A stretch of 64,000 nucleotides of DNA from an uncultured Candidatus Binatia bacterium (GTDB lineage: Bacteria; Desulfobacterota; Binatia; UBA9968; JAJDTQ01): contig OZ243916.1 in assembly GCA_965213675.1 (NCBI GenBank), positions 288,001 through 352,000 on the forward strand, read 5' to 3'. This document shows positions 10,419 through 19,780 of this stretch, piece after piece. Position numbers and translations under genes: made by a program. The notes beneath the pieces were generated by a model. That model saw only the letters and a list, made by a program, of their open reading frames with translations, made no database searches and was not told the DNA's origin. How positions within the stretch are numbered: the first letter of the stretch is position 1; each line of letters starts with the position of its first letter.

Positions 10419-12047
10419 CTAATGGTCCTGCTCTTCCACGTCGCTGGCCTTGACCCGGCGCGACTTGAGCTTCTCGCCGGTCTCGAAGTAGCGGCCCTCC
10501 ACCGCCAGCCGGGCTTCCTCGTCCAGTTCGTCGTCCCACTGGCCCAGGGAGTAGCCATACCATGGCATCTTGGGCTTCAGGGGCGGCAGGTTGAACTCCT
10601 CCCACAGCTCCCGGGCGTGCTCCATGTACTCCCGCTTGGGCAGGGACACCGGCGGGAAGGGCTCCTTCTGAATGGCGTTGCACAGCATGCCGGACTCGTC
10701 CGCCGGGAGGTGGTACGACACCACGTCCGTGCCCTTCTGCTGATCGTTGTACAGGAACGGCGGAGCGTGTCCCTTCTCCATGCCGCCGATGATCTGTACG
10801 TCCTGATGGGGCTTCATGCGGTAGCACATGGCCCAGAAGACGGCCGCCTCGTCCGACGGATCGATGTCCTCGTCCACCGCGATGACGATCTTGCCGACGC
10901 CGGGATGGAACGACGACGCCGCGTGCAGCGCGCGCCACACTTCGGCTTCCTTGGGCTTGCGCATCTGCACGATGACGAGCTTGTAGGTGTTGGTCAGCGG
11001 CTCGTGCATCTCCACGCGGGTGACGCTGGTGATGCGGCAATGATCCCGCAGGTGCACCAGCATGAGGCGGTCATAACCGATCTTGCGGATGACCGACGAT
11101 TCGCTGGGCGTGAGCTGGCTCAGCCACGACACGTAGATGGCGTTCTTGCGATGGGTGATGGCGGTGACGTCCATGAACGGGTTCAACTGCCGCGGGTGCA
11201 TGTAGCCGTGGGACTCGCCGAACGGCCCCTCGGGCTCCACGAACTCGGTATTGAGGCGCCCCTCGATGACGATTTCCGACTCCGCCGGCACCTGCAGGTC
11301 CACGGTCTTGCACTGGGCCATGCGGATGGGCTCGCCCACGAAGCCGCCGGCGATGGCCATCTCGTCCACGCCGTAGTCCACCTTCTGCACGGACACGTAG
11401 GAGACCACCGGCGGCGCGCCGATGACCAGGGCCGCTTCAAGGGGCTCGCCGCGCTTCTGGGCGTTCTTCCAGTGGAGATAGATGTCCTGTCCCAGCCCGG
11501 AAGGGAACACGCCCACGCGGTTGCGCGATTTGATCTGGCCGCGGTAGTTGCCGATGTTGCCGATGCCGGTCTCGGGATCCTTGGTGATCCAGTGGGAGCA
11601 GGTGGTGTAGGGCCCGTTGTCGAAGCCGGGGGTGGAGATGGGCACCGGGAACTTGTCGAGCCCGTCCTTGTCCAGGGCGTCGCCGGTCATCACCACCTCG
11701 TGGCACGCCGGCTGATCCACCACCTGGGGCTGAATGGGGTTGGAGAGGGCATGCTTCCACTTGGCGTCCATCTCCTCGGCGCTGTTGCAGCCCATGCCCA
11801 GGAAGTAGATGGCCTTGCTGCCCGCCAGCGCGCCCACCACCACGGGGAAGTCGAAGCGTCGACCGCGCGAGTCCGTGACGTTGGAGAAATACCACGCCTT
11901 GCGTTCCTCGTCGGGAATCCCGCCCCGGTACTGCCAGCGCACCAGCGGATGCAGCTCGGTGTCCTTGTTGATCTTCTGTTGGATGCGGCGCAAATGCCCC
12001 GCCTCTTCGAGCATTTTCAAATGCTCATGCAGATCTGCGTAACCCAT
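10419..12047 (-). CDS. UbiD-family prFMN-dependent (de)carboxylase
   Basis: N-terminal DLHEHL, NIGNYR, VPAESEIVIEG, EGPFGE, VDEDID. Confidence 0.92.
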   Translation of the reverse strand: MGYADLHEHLKMLEEAGHLRRIQQKINKDTELHPLVRWQYRGGIPDEERKAWYFSNVTDSRGRRFDFPVVVGALAGSKAIYFLGMGCNSAEEMDAKWKHALSNPIQPQVVDQPACHEVVMTGDALDKDGLDKFPVPISTPGFDNGPYTTCSHWITKDPETGIGNIGNYRGQIKSRNRVGVFPSGLGQDIYLHWKNAQKRGEPLEAALVIGAPPVVSYVSVQKVDYGVDEMAIAGGFVGEPIRMAQCKTVDLQVPAESEIVIEGRLNTEFVEPEGPFGESHGYMHPRQLNPFMDVTAITHRKNAIYVSWLSQLTPSESSVIRKIGYDRLMLVHLRDHCRITSVTRVEMHEPLTNTYKLVIVQMRKPKEAEVWRALHAASSFHPGVGKIVIAVDEDIDPSDEAAVFWAMCYRMKPHQDVQIIGGMEKGHAPPFLYNDQQKGTDVVSYHLPADESGMLCNAIQKEPFPPVSLPKREYMEHARELWEEFNLPPLKPKMPWYGYSLGQWDDELDEEARLAVEGRYFETGEKLKSRRVKASDVEEQDH

Positions 12048-12475
12048 TGACGGCCTCCTGTTCGAGTCAGACTATCGAGTGATGTCCAGTGATGTTTTTC
12101 GGGTTTTGTCGCGGAGAGTCCCCGTCGCTCCGTTCGGGCCGTGTTGCAGCCCGGATGCGGGGCTTCGGTTGTCGGAAAGAAACGGCAGGCTCCAGCGAGA
12201 AGTTCAAACAGATAGCCGATCAGGTCCGGCCGTGTCAAATTCGTTGGCTTGCTTTCGTCCCCCGCGTTGGGTAGCGTCCGCGGTAATTCACGGAGGGCGC
12301 TTCCACGCATGCACAGTGGCCTCATGACCCTGGAGAAGGTTTTTCCCCACACTCACCGGGAGGAGCTGGCCAGTCTGGCCATGGATGTGGTGCAAGTCCC
12401 TAGGCCCACCGGGAGCGATAAGGCGCGGTTTTGTTCGGTTCCGCGCGTTACGAAGCGTTACGAAAGGAGCGAACC

Positions 12476-13573
12476 ATGAGCATCGATACAGGTCTTTACC
12501 GCAGGACGTACCGGTACGAGACCGAGGGGGCCTCCACTGACGAGGTGCTGTTCTCCTCGGATTCCCACGTCATGGAGCCCGCGGACACTTTGGTGAGCCG
12601 CGTGCCCCAGGCCTTGCGCGACAGCGCGCCCCGCTTCCCTGAGTTGAAGGTGGGAGAGGGGTTCCAGACCCATCCCGGCGGCTCCGATCCCGGTGCCCGG
12701 CTCAAGGAGATGGCGGTGGACGGCGTGAGCGCCGAGGTGCTGTACCCCACCTACGCGCTGAGCCTGTTTTCCCAGGAGGACATCGCGCTCCACGAGGCGT
12801 GCTGCCGGGCCTACAACGACTGGCTCATCGAATACTGCCAGGTGGACCTGGACCGGCTGGTGGGCGTGCCCATGATCGCCACTTTCGACATGGACCACGC
12901 GGTGGCGGAGCTGGAGCGCTGCAAGAAGGCGGGGTTGCGCGGAGCGCTGATCTGGCAGGTGCCGCCCAAGGAAATATCCTTCGCCACGGACCACTACGAA
13001 CGTTTCTGGGCCGCGGCCCAGGAGATGGAGATGCCCGTGAGCGTGCACATCCTCACGGGCTTCGGTTACGTCAAGACGCGCTACGACCGCAAGGGGCTCG
13101 AACGCTACCGCGGCAGCGTCAACCTCAAGCTCGGGGAAATTATCGACAGCCTCATGGACATCATCTTCTCGGGCGTGCTGGAACGTTTCCCGAGGCTCAA
13201 GGTGGTGCTGGTGGAAAACGAGATCGGCTGGCTGCCCTACGTGCTGGAGCAATGGGACTACTACTTCGACCGGCACCGCCCCACCGAGCCGCTGACCATC
13301 GACAAGCTGCCCACCGAGTACTTCAACCGGCAGGTGTTCGCCACCTTCTTCAACGACGCCGTGGGCGCCCGCAATCTGGTGTGGTGGGGGCACGACAACT
13401 GCATGTGGTCCAACGACTTCCCCCACGCCAATTCCACCTGGCCGCACTCGCGCGAAGTGGTGGCCCGGGACCTGGGCCATCTGCCCGACGACGTGCGCGC
13501 CAAGCTCCTGCGGGACAACGTGGCGCGGCTCTACAACATGCCGGTGCCCGCGCCCATGGTTGCCGGGGTCTAA
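12476..13573 (+). CDS. Amidohydrolase-2 family metal-dependent hydrolase/decarboxylase
   Basis: SSDSHVMEP, YNDW, SVHI, VENEIGW, WSNDFPH. AAGGAG RBS. Confidence 0.88.
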   Translation: MSIDTGLYRRTYRYETEGASTDEVLFSSDSHVMEPADTLVSRVPQALRDSAPRFPELKVGEGFQTHPGGSDPGARLKEMAVDGVSAEVLYPTYALSLFSQEDIALHEACCRAYNDWLIEYCQVDLDRLVGVPMIATFDMDHAVAELERCKKAGLRGALIWQVPPKEISFATDHYERFWAAAQEMEMPVSVHILTGFGYVKTRYDRKGLERYRGSVNLKLGEIIDSLMDIIFSGVLERFPRLKVVLVENEIGWLPYVLEQWDYYFDRHRPTEPLTIDKLPTEYFNRQVFATFFNDAVGARNLVWWGHDNCMWSNDFPHANSTWPHSREVVARDLGHLPDDVRAKLLRDNVARLYNMPVPAPMVAGV

Positions 13574-13738
13574 CTAGTGTGGTGTCTGGTTAATACGGGT
13601 CATAATGTGCGGAGGATATTTTATCGTCGGCAAGGCGCGATGACGAGCAGTGGCGTGTACCACGCGAGGAAGAGCAACGCAGCCGACGGCGAAAAAGACC
13701 CGCAGATTATGACCCGAATTAACCAGACACCACACTAG
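13574..13738. mobile_element. 165-bp MITE-like element with about 33-bp terminal inverted repeats bounded by CTAG
   Basis: Left end CTAGTGTGGTGTCTGGTTAATACGGGTCATAAT and right end ATTATGACCCGAATTAACCAGACACCACACTAG. A second copy lies at 55286-55450. Confidence 0.85.
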
Positions 13739-15206
13739 TCCCGGAGGCGGGCCCGGTCTTCCCCAGGGAAAGCGAGAATCCCGGCTTGCGGATGTAGACC
13801 TGGGTGTATTCCTGCTGGCGGGTCAGCTCGTTGATGAGGCGCACCAGCGGCTGGCGGGCGCTCAGGTATTCGCGCGGCCGGCCCGCGTTCTGCAGCGCGT
13901 CCACGGCCTCGTCCCCGGCATATACGCGCATGATCAGTTCGTCGTCCGACAGGGACGGCCCGCCGATCTGAGCGCGCACTTCCTTGAGCGATGGGTCCGG
14001 CTGCTCCCAGTTCTCCCATGCCCTGGCGCGCGGGCGGCCCAGGATGCGGTCCTTCACGTCCGGGTCCATGTACTCGGCGCCCTGGCGGCCCCAGATGCCC
14101 AGTGCGTACTGAATGGACTGGTCGGTGACCTGCTTGTAACGCTCCCCCATGATGATGTTGATGGCGGCCTGGGTGCCCACGAACTGGGACAGCGGCGTCA
14201 CCATGATGGGATAGCCCCACTCGGCGCGCACCCGCGCGGCCTCTTCCAGCGCCGCCGGGAGCTTGTCTTCCATGCCCACGAGGCGGAGCTGGTGCACGAA
14301 GTTGGAGATCATCCCGCCAGGCACCTGGTGGTTGTAGATGGACTGATCGAAGGCCGCGGGCTGGCCCATGGGTAGTCCGTCGCGTTTGGCCACGAACGTG
14401 AAGTGGTCGCGCACCGGCTCCAGTTCGGCCTCGTCCACCGAAGCGGTGTGGCCCGTGGCGCGCACGTTCCGGAGCATGTTGAAGATGGAGGGCTGGGCCG
14501 AACCGTTGGCCAGCGGCGGCACACTGGTGTGGATGGTGGTCATGCCGAGCTTGATGGCTTCGAGGTAGTTGAGCGGCGCCAGGCCGTTGTTGCAGTGGGC
14601 GTGAAACTCCACCGGCGTGTCGCCGATGTTCTCCAGCACGATGGGCACCAGCGCTCGGGTGCGCTCCGGAGTCAGCATGCCGCCCACGTCCTTGAAGCAG
14701 ACGCGCCAAGGCTTCAGAGCGGCGGCTTCACGGGCTTTCTGCGCGTAGTACTCGTCGGTGTGCCGCGGCGAAATCGAGTAGATGATGTTGACCACCGCCT
14801 CCATGCCCAGCTCGCGCAGATCGTCCACTTCCTCCTTGAACACGGAGTAGTCGTTCCACGGGTTGGAGTTGCGCGTCAGCCGGATACCGCTGTCCACCAC
14901 GTGCCGGATCACCAGCTTGGCCACGGACGTGGGTTTCTTCTCCAGCCCGCCGCGGATGCTGCCGTGGAGGCGCAGGGGCGTGTGGCGCGCGCGCCGGGCG
15001 CCCTCCCGCAGCCAGTGCCACGGGTTCTCCTTGTGCTCGCGCACGTACTTCTTGATCATGGTGGCGCTGAAGAACTCCATGGACTCGAAACCCGCCCGGT
15101 CCATGTTCTCGATGGCCTCCAGCATGGCCGCGGTCCTCATGTTGTAGGCCCACAGGCTCTGGTTGCCATCGCGCAGCGTGGTGTCCACGAAAGTGACGTT
15201 GCTCAT
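13719..15206 (-). CDS. Stand-alone carboxyltransferase (PycB/OadA/transcarboxylase 5S-like), paralogue A, no biotinyl domain
   Basis: DTTLRDGNQSL, FKDVGG, HAH, HQVPGGMISN, IMVTPLSQFVGTQA. No EAMKM motif. Confidence 0.88.
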   Translation of the reverse strand: MSNVTFVDTTLRDGNQSLWAYNMRTAAMLEAIENMDRAGFESMEFFSATMIKKYVREHKENPWHWLREGARRARHTPLRLHGSIRGGLEKKPTSVAKLVIRHVVDSGIRLTRNSNPWNDYSVFKEEVDDLRELGMEAVVNIIYSISPRHTDEYYAQKAREAAALKPWRVCFKDVGGMLTPERTRALVPIVLENIGDTPVEFHAHCNNGLAPLNYLEAIKLGMTTIHTSVPPLANGSAQPSIFNMLRNVRATGHTASVDEAELEPVRDHFTFVAKRDGLPMGQPAAFDQSIYNHQVPGGMISNFVHQLRLVGMEDKLPAALEEAARVRAEWGYPIMVTPLSQFVGTQAAINIIMGERYKQVTDQSIQYALGIWGRQGAEYMDPDVKDRILGRPRARAWENWEQPDPSLKEVRAQIGGPSLSDDELIMRVYAGDEAVDALQNAGRPREYLSARQPLVRLINELTRQQEYTQVYIRKPGFSLSLGKTGPASGTSVVSG

Positions 15207-15291
15207 GGATTCTTCTCCGGTCTCCGTTTTGAAAATCGCCGGTTGCCTGCCGGAAGGACGAAGGATTGCCTCGATAATTCGATAAACCCGA

Positions 15292-15306
15292 CAGACACCA
15301 CACTAG
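15292..15306. repeat. Isolated terminus of the CTAG-bounded MITE-like family
   Basis: CAGACACCACACTAG. Its CTA is the minus-strand TAG stop of paralogue B. Confidence 0.6.
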
Positions 15307-16802
15307 GAGCTTGCCGCCGCGCCCGCCCCGTTGCCGGCGTCACCGTCCGCGTTCCGCCCCAGTGAAAGCGAAAACCCCGGCTTGCGGATGTACACTTGGG
15401 TGTACTCTTTCTGCCGGGTCAGTTCGTTGATGAGCCGCACCAGGGGGTGGCGCGCGCTCAGGTACTCCCGCGGCCGTCCCGCTTCCATCATGGCCTTGGC
15501 CTCGTCCACGCCGGCGTAGACCCGCAGCACGAGTTCCTCGTCCGAAACCGACGGGCCGCCCAACTGCCCGCGCAGTTCCGCCAGCGATGGCTCGGGCTGC
15601 TCCCACGCGGTCCATGCCTTGGCGCGGGGACGGCCCAGGATCTTGTCCTTGACGTCCGGGTCCATGAGTTCCGCGCCGTCGCGCCCCCAGATGCCCAGGG
15701 CGTACTGAATGGACTGGTCCGCCACTTCCTTGTAGCGCTCGCCCAGGATGACGTTGAACGCGGCTTGGGTGCCGACGAACTGGGACAGCGGCGTCACCAT
15801 GATGGGGTAGCCCCACTCGGCGCGCACCCGCGCGGCCTCTTCCAGGGCGGCCGGCAGTTTGTCCTCCATGCCCACGAGCTTGAGCTGGTGCACGAAGTTG
15901 GAGATCATGCCGCCGGGCACCTGGTGCAGGTACTGGCCGTGGTTGTATTCCACGGGCTTGCCGATGGGGAGGCCGTCGCGCCGGGCCACGTAGTTGAAGT
16001 GCTGCTCCACGGGCCGCAGCGCCTCGTCGTCCACCAGCGGCGTGTGTCCCATGGCGCGAATGTTCCGCACCATGTTGAAGATGGACGGCTGGGCCGAGGC
16101 GTTGGCCAGCGGCGGCACGCTGGTGTGGATGGTGGTCATGCCCAGCTCGATGGCTTCCATGTAGTTGAGCGGGGCGAGGCCGTTGTTGCAATGGGCGTGG
16201 AACTCCACCGGGGTGTCGCCAATGTTCTCCAGCACCAGCGGCACGAGCGCGCGGGTGCGCTCGGGGGTCAGCAGTCCGCCCACGTCCTTGAAGCAGATGC
16301 GGTAGGGCTTGAGAGCGGCGGCTTCCCGCGCCTTTTGCGCGTAATACTCGTCGGTGTGCCGCGGCGAAACCGAGTAGATCAGGTTTACCACGGTCTCCAT
16401 GCCCAGTTCCCGCAGCCCCTTCACCTCCTCGCCGAACACCTCGTAGTCGTTCCAGCAGTTGGAAGTGCGCGTCAGCGTGATGCCGCTGTCCACCACCTTC
16501 CGGATGATGAGCTTCAGGATCGACGCCGGTTTCTTCTCCAGTCCGCCCTTGAGCCCGCCGTGCAGCCGCAGCTCCGTCTTGCGCAGGCGCTTGGTGCCTT
16601 CGCGCAACCACTCCCACGGGTTCTCCTTGTGCTCGCGCACGTACTTCTTGAACATGTTGGTGACGAAGAACTCCATGGACTCGAAGCCCGCCTGGTCCAT
16701 CTGCTCCGCCGCCTCCACCATGGCCGCGGTCTTCATGTTGAGCGCCCAAAGGCTCTGGTTGCCGTCCCGCAGCGTGGTGTCGATGAAGTGAATATCGCTC
16801 AT
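15303..16802 (-). CDS. Stand-alone carboxyltransferase, paralogue B
   Basis: Same motifs as paralogue A, collinear and highly similar along the full length. Confidence 0.88.
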   Translation of the reverse strand: MSDIHFIDTTLRDGNQSLWALNMKTAAMVEAAEQMDQAGFESMEFFVTNMFKKYVREHKENPWEWLREGTKRLRKTELRLHGGLKGGLEKKPASILKLIIRKVVDSGITLTRTSNCWNDYEVFGEEVKGLRELGMETVVNLIYSVSPRHTDEYYAQKAREAAALKPYRICFKDVGGLLTPERTRALVPLVLENIGDTPVEFHAHCNNGLAPLNYMEAIELGMTTIHTSVPPLANASAQPSIFNMVRNIRAMGHTPLVDDEALRPVEQHFNYVARRDGLPIGKPVEYNHGQYLHQVPGGMISNFVHQLKLVGMEDKLPAALEEAARVRAEWGYPIMVTPLSQFVGTQAAFNVILGERYKEVADQSIQYALGIWGRDGAELMDPDVKDKILGRPRAKAWTAWEQPEPSLAELRGQLGGPSVSDEELVLRVYAGVDEAKAMMEAGRPREYLSARHPLVRLINELTRQKEYTQVYIRKPGFSLSLGRNADGDAGNGAGAAASS

Positions 16803-16913
16803 GGTGTCTCCTGGAAGCAGCGTCGATATGGCTTACCATAGTGGCGTGAAAGGGAAGGCCGGTCAACTCGCGCGTCTCTGTTGGCGCAAGCGGAAGTGGC
16901 CGTCGCCACGGGC

Positions 16914-17294
16914 TCACGCGATTCTTCGTGGCGTGGCTGTCAATGAAACGTCGAGGCTCACCCGATCATAGGGTACCCGCGGAATCAAGGCGCCGCGTTT
17001 CCCTTCCTTCAGTTCCACCAAGCCATAGCGCGATATCGTCTTGAGGGTCCGCGACAGGTTCGACTTGTGTCTCCCGGAAAGTTCCGCCAACTCTGTGAGC
17101 GAGCCCGGCCGCTCCCGCGCGATCAGCGTCAAGAGCTCTCGATTGCGCTGCGAAAGCACCTTCGCGAAGCTCTCCACCGATGTGAACCACACCTTCGGCT
17201 CGCCCCTGGCGGGCTTGGTTTCACCGCGAGCAATCGCCATCGTGCGCGCCTTCACGGAGTGGGAGCCGGCGATGCCGATCTTCAATGTCTTCAT
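16914..17294 (-). CDS. HTH DNA-binding protein (HVO_A0114/MarR-like putative antitoxin)
   Basis: MKTLKIGIA, WFTSVESFAKVLS, SLTELAELSGRHKSNLSRTLK winged HTH. Confidence 0.75.
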   Translation of the reverse strand: MKTLKIGIAGSHSVKARTMAIARGETKPARGEPKVWFTSVESFAKVLSQRNRELLTLIARERPGSLTELAELSGRHKSNLSRTLKTISRYGLVELKEGKRGALIPRVPYDRVSLDVSLTATPRRIA

Positions 17295-17469
17295 GGAAAC
17301 CCCAGCGTTGCAAAAGAGTTCGTGGAGAGCGATTCGAGCCACGGCCTGCGAAGCCTCATCCCCGCGGTCGGGCGCTCGGGGTCAGGCACGGCACGGACAA
17401 GGGTTATCAGTTGCTGATAATGAAGAAAAGCTGTACGTTGACCCCTCATCAGGCATGGGAGGGAACGGG

Positions 17470-18780
17470 GTGGCAGCACAGGAATCTCAACGGCTGGAGG
17501 AACGCATCGTCGCGTTGCTGCGGCATCTGGGCATCGACAGGGCCCATGTGGCGGCCTATCTTCCGGGCGACTGGAGCGGGCTGCTGGAGCGGCATCCGTC
17601 GGCGGTGGCGTCGCTGACGCTCATCTGCCCGCGCGGCATGAAGCTTGAAGCGGTGGGTCCCCACGCCGGCCGGATGATGGTGGTCACGGGGGACGGCGGC
17701 AACGAGGTGGCGGAGTTGATGGACGCCATGACAAAGCTGCCCGGCGCCGCGCTGAAGGTGCTGCGGGACTATCACAGCCCCATGTGGGCCGACATCATGG
17801 CGGATCGCGGCGTCGAGGTGGCGCGGGCCATGCTGGAATTTCTCGCGGGCCGGGAAGGGGACAGTCCCGCTCCGGCGGTGCGCCTCCGGCAGGGTGAAGA
17901 CGAGGCCGCGGGCATCTCCTGCACGGTGCGGGGTTCGGGGCCGCCGTTGCTGCTCTTCCCGCTGGCCTTGGCGCCGTCCCAATGGGAGCCGGTGCTGGCG
18001 GTGTTGGCGGAGCGCTTTACGACCATTTCCCTGGGCGGCCGCCACCTGGGCATGGTGGCTTTTCTGGAATCCCGCGCCGAGGGCTACCTGCGGGTGGTGC
18101 GCGGGGCCGTGGCGGAAGTGGGGCTCGAGCCCGGCCAACGGATCCTGGAGGTGGGCTGCGGCGCGGGCACGGTGGCGCGCTGGTTGGCCCGGCACACCGG
18201 CAAGCGCAACCCCATCGTGGGGGCGGACATCAATGGGTATCTCTTGCGCGAGGCCGCGAAGCTGGCAGAGGCCGAAGGGGTGGGCGACGTCCTCAAGCTG
18301 CGCCACGCCGACGGCCAGGCGCTGCCCTTCCCGGACGCGGACTTTGACGCCACCCTGGCGTTCACGGTCATGGAAGAGGACGACGCCGACGTCCTGCTCG
18401 CGGAGTGCGTGCGGGTCACCCGGCCGGGCGGAAAAGTGGCGGTGATCGTCCGTTCCCTGGACATGCCCTGGTGGGTCAACCTGCCGCTTCGGCCCGAACT
18501 GAAGCTCAAGGCCCAGACCGGTTACGGCGACGTGGTGGCGGCGGGGTGCGCGGACGCCAGCCTGTACCCGCGCATGGAGCGTGCGGGGCTTGCCGATGTG
18601 GTCATGATGCCCCAGTGGGCGACCTACGCCTCGGGGGAGCGGCTGCACCAGCAGCAGGAACGCATGGCCGTGCGGCTCGATCCGGAGGAAGCGAAGGAAT
18701 GGCGTCAGGCCATCGCCGCCGCCGGCAACCAGTTCTTCATCTCCCAGCCGTTCCACTCCGCGGTGGGCACGAAGGTCTGA
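17470..18780 (+). CDS. Alpha/beta-hydrolase-like domain fused to class I SAM methyltransferase
   Basis: ILEVGCGAG, GADIN, DGQALPFPDADFD, RVTRPGG. The N-terminal part has hydrolase-fold segments. GTG start inferred. Confidence 0.8.
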   Translation: MAAQESQRLEERIVALLRHLGIDRAHVAAYLPGDWSGLLERHPSAVASLTLICPRGMKLEAVGPHAGRMMVVTGDGGNEVAELMDAMTKLPGAALKVLRDYHSPMWADIMADRGVEVARAMLEFLAGREGDSPAPAVRLRQGEDEAAGISCTVRGSGPPLLLFPLALAPSQWEPVLAVLAERFTTISLGGRHLGMVAFLESRAEGYLRVVRGAVAEVGLEPGQRILEVGCGAGTVARWLARHTGKRNPIVGADINGYLLREAAKLAEAEGVGDVLKLRHADGQALPFPDADFDATLAFTVMEEDDADVLLAECVRVTRPGGKVAVIVRSLDMPWWVNLPLRPELKLKAQTGYGDVVAAGCADASLYPRMERAGLADVVMMPQWATYASGERLHQQQERMAVRLDPEEAKEWRQAIAAAGNQFFISQPFHSAVGTKV

Positions 18781-18827
18781 CCCAACGGAATACGGCGTCT
18801 GCATCTCGGCGGCGCACAGGAGAAACC

Positions 18828-19685
18828 ATGGCACGAGTCGGGTGGCGGAGAAGCTTCCAAGGGTGGGGTGCGGTGCTTGGCTTGGGACTGGCGTGGATTC
18901 TGCTTGTGCCCGCGGCCCCCGCGGCAGCGGCCATGGTACAGTTGGACGGTCCTGCGATTCAGGGAGGGCTCGTGCGCGGGCGCGTGGCGCCGGGTTCCAG
19001 GGTGAAGTTCGCGGGCGAACCCGTGCGTGTCTCCGGGAAGGGCTGGTTCCTCATCGGGTTCGGACGCGATGCGGCGCCGAAGGCCGTGCTGTCGGTGGTC
19101 TTTCCGGACGGCCGGCGCGAGCGCGTCGAGCTGAGCGTCGAGAAGCGCAAGTACCGTATTCAGCGCATCGACGGGCTGCCGCCGAGAAAGGTCACGCCGG
19201 GCAGGAAGGAACTCGCGCGCATCCGCAAGGAGGTCGCTCTGGTCAAGCGGGCGCGCACCATCGACGACCCGCGCACGGACTTCCTCGGCGGCTTCCGGTG
19301 GCCCGTCAAGGGCCGCATCAGCGGGGTCTACGGCTCCCAGCGCATCCTCAACGGCGAGCCCCGGCGGCCCCACTACGGCATTGACATCGCCGCGCCCAAG
19401 GGAACCCGGGTGGTGGCGCCCGCCGGGGGCGTGGTCACGCTGGTGCATCGGGACATGTACTTTTCCGGCGGCACCCTGATCGTCGACCACGGTCACGGGC
19501 TCTCGTCCGCGTTCCTCCACCTCGCGCGTGTCCTGGTCAAGAAGGGCCAGCCCGTGAAGCAGGGACAGCCCATCGCCGAGGTCGGCTCCACCGGCCGCTC
19601 CACCGGCCCCCACCTCGACTGGCGCATCAACCTCTTCGGCCGCCGCCTCGACCCCGCGCTGCTGGTGGGTCCGATGCCGAAGTGA
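18828..19685 (+). CDS. M23 family metallopeptidase, exported
   Basis: HYGID (HxxxD), IVDHGHG, STGPHLDW. Signal peptide and AGGAG RBS. Confidence 0.9.
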   Translation: MARVGWRRSFQGWGAVLGLGLAWILLVPAAPAAAAMVQLDGPAIQGGLVRGRVAPGSRVKFAGEPVRVSGKGWFLIGFGRDAAPKAVLSVVFPDGRRERVELSVEKRKYRIQRIDGLPPRKVTPGRKELARIRKEVALVKRARTIDDPRTDFLGGFRWPVKGRISGVYGSQRILNGEPRRPHYGIDIAAPKGTRVVAPAGGVVTLVHRDMYFSGGTLIVDHGHGLSSAFLHLARVLVKKGQPVKQGQPIAEVGSTGRSTGPHLDWRINLFGRRLDPALLVGPMPK

Positions 19686-19715
19686 ATCCCGGACGAAAGT
19701 GAATCCCGGACGAGA

Positions 19716-19750
19716 AAGGGGGCGCCGGCGACTGCGCCTGCACCCCCTCC
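19716..19750. terminator. GC hairpin between convergent genes
   Basis: Imperfect stem GGGGGCGC...GCACCCCC. No clear U-tract. Confidence 0.35.
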
Positions 19751-19780
19751 TTCCGCACGAGGTCTTTGCCCGGGGCCGGC

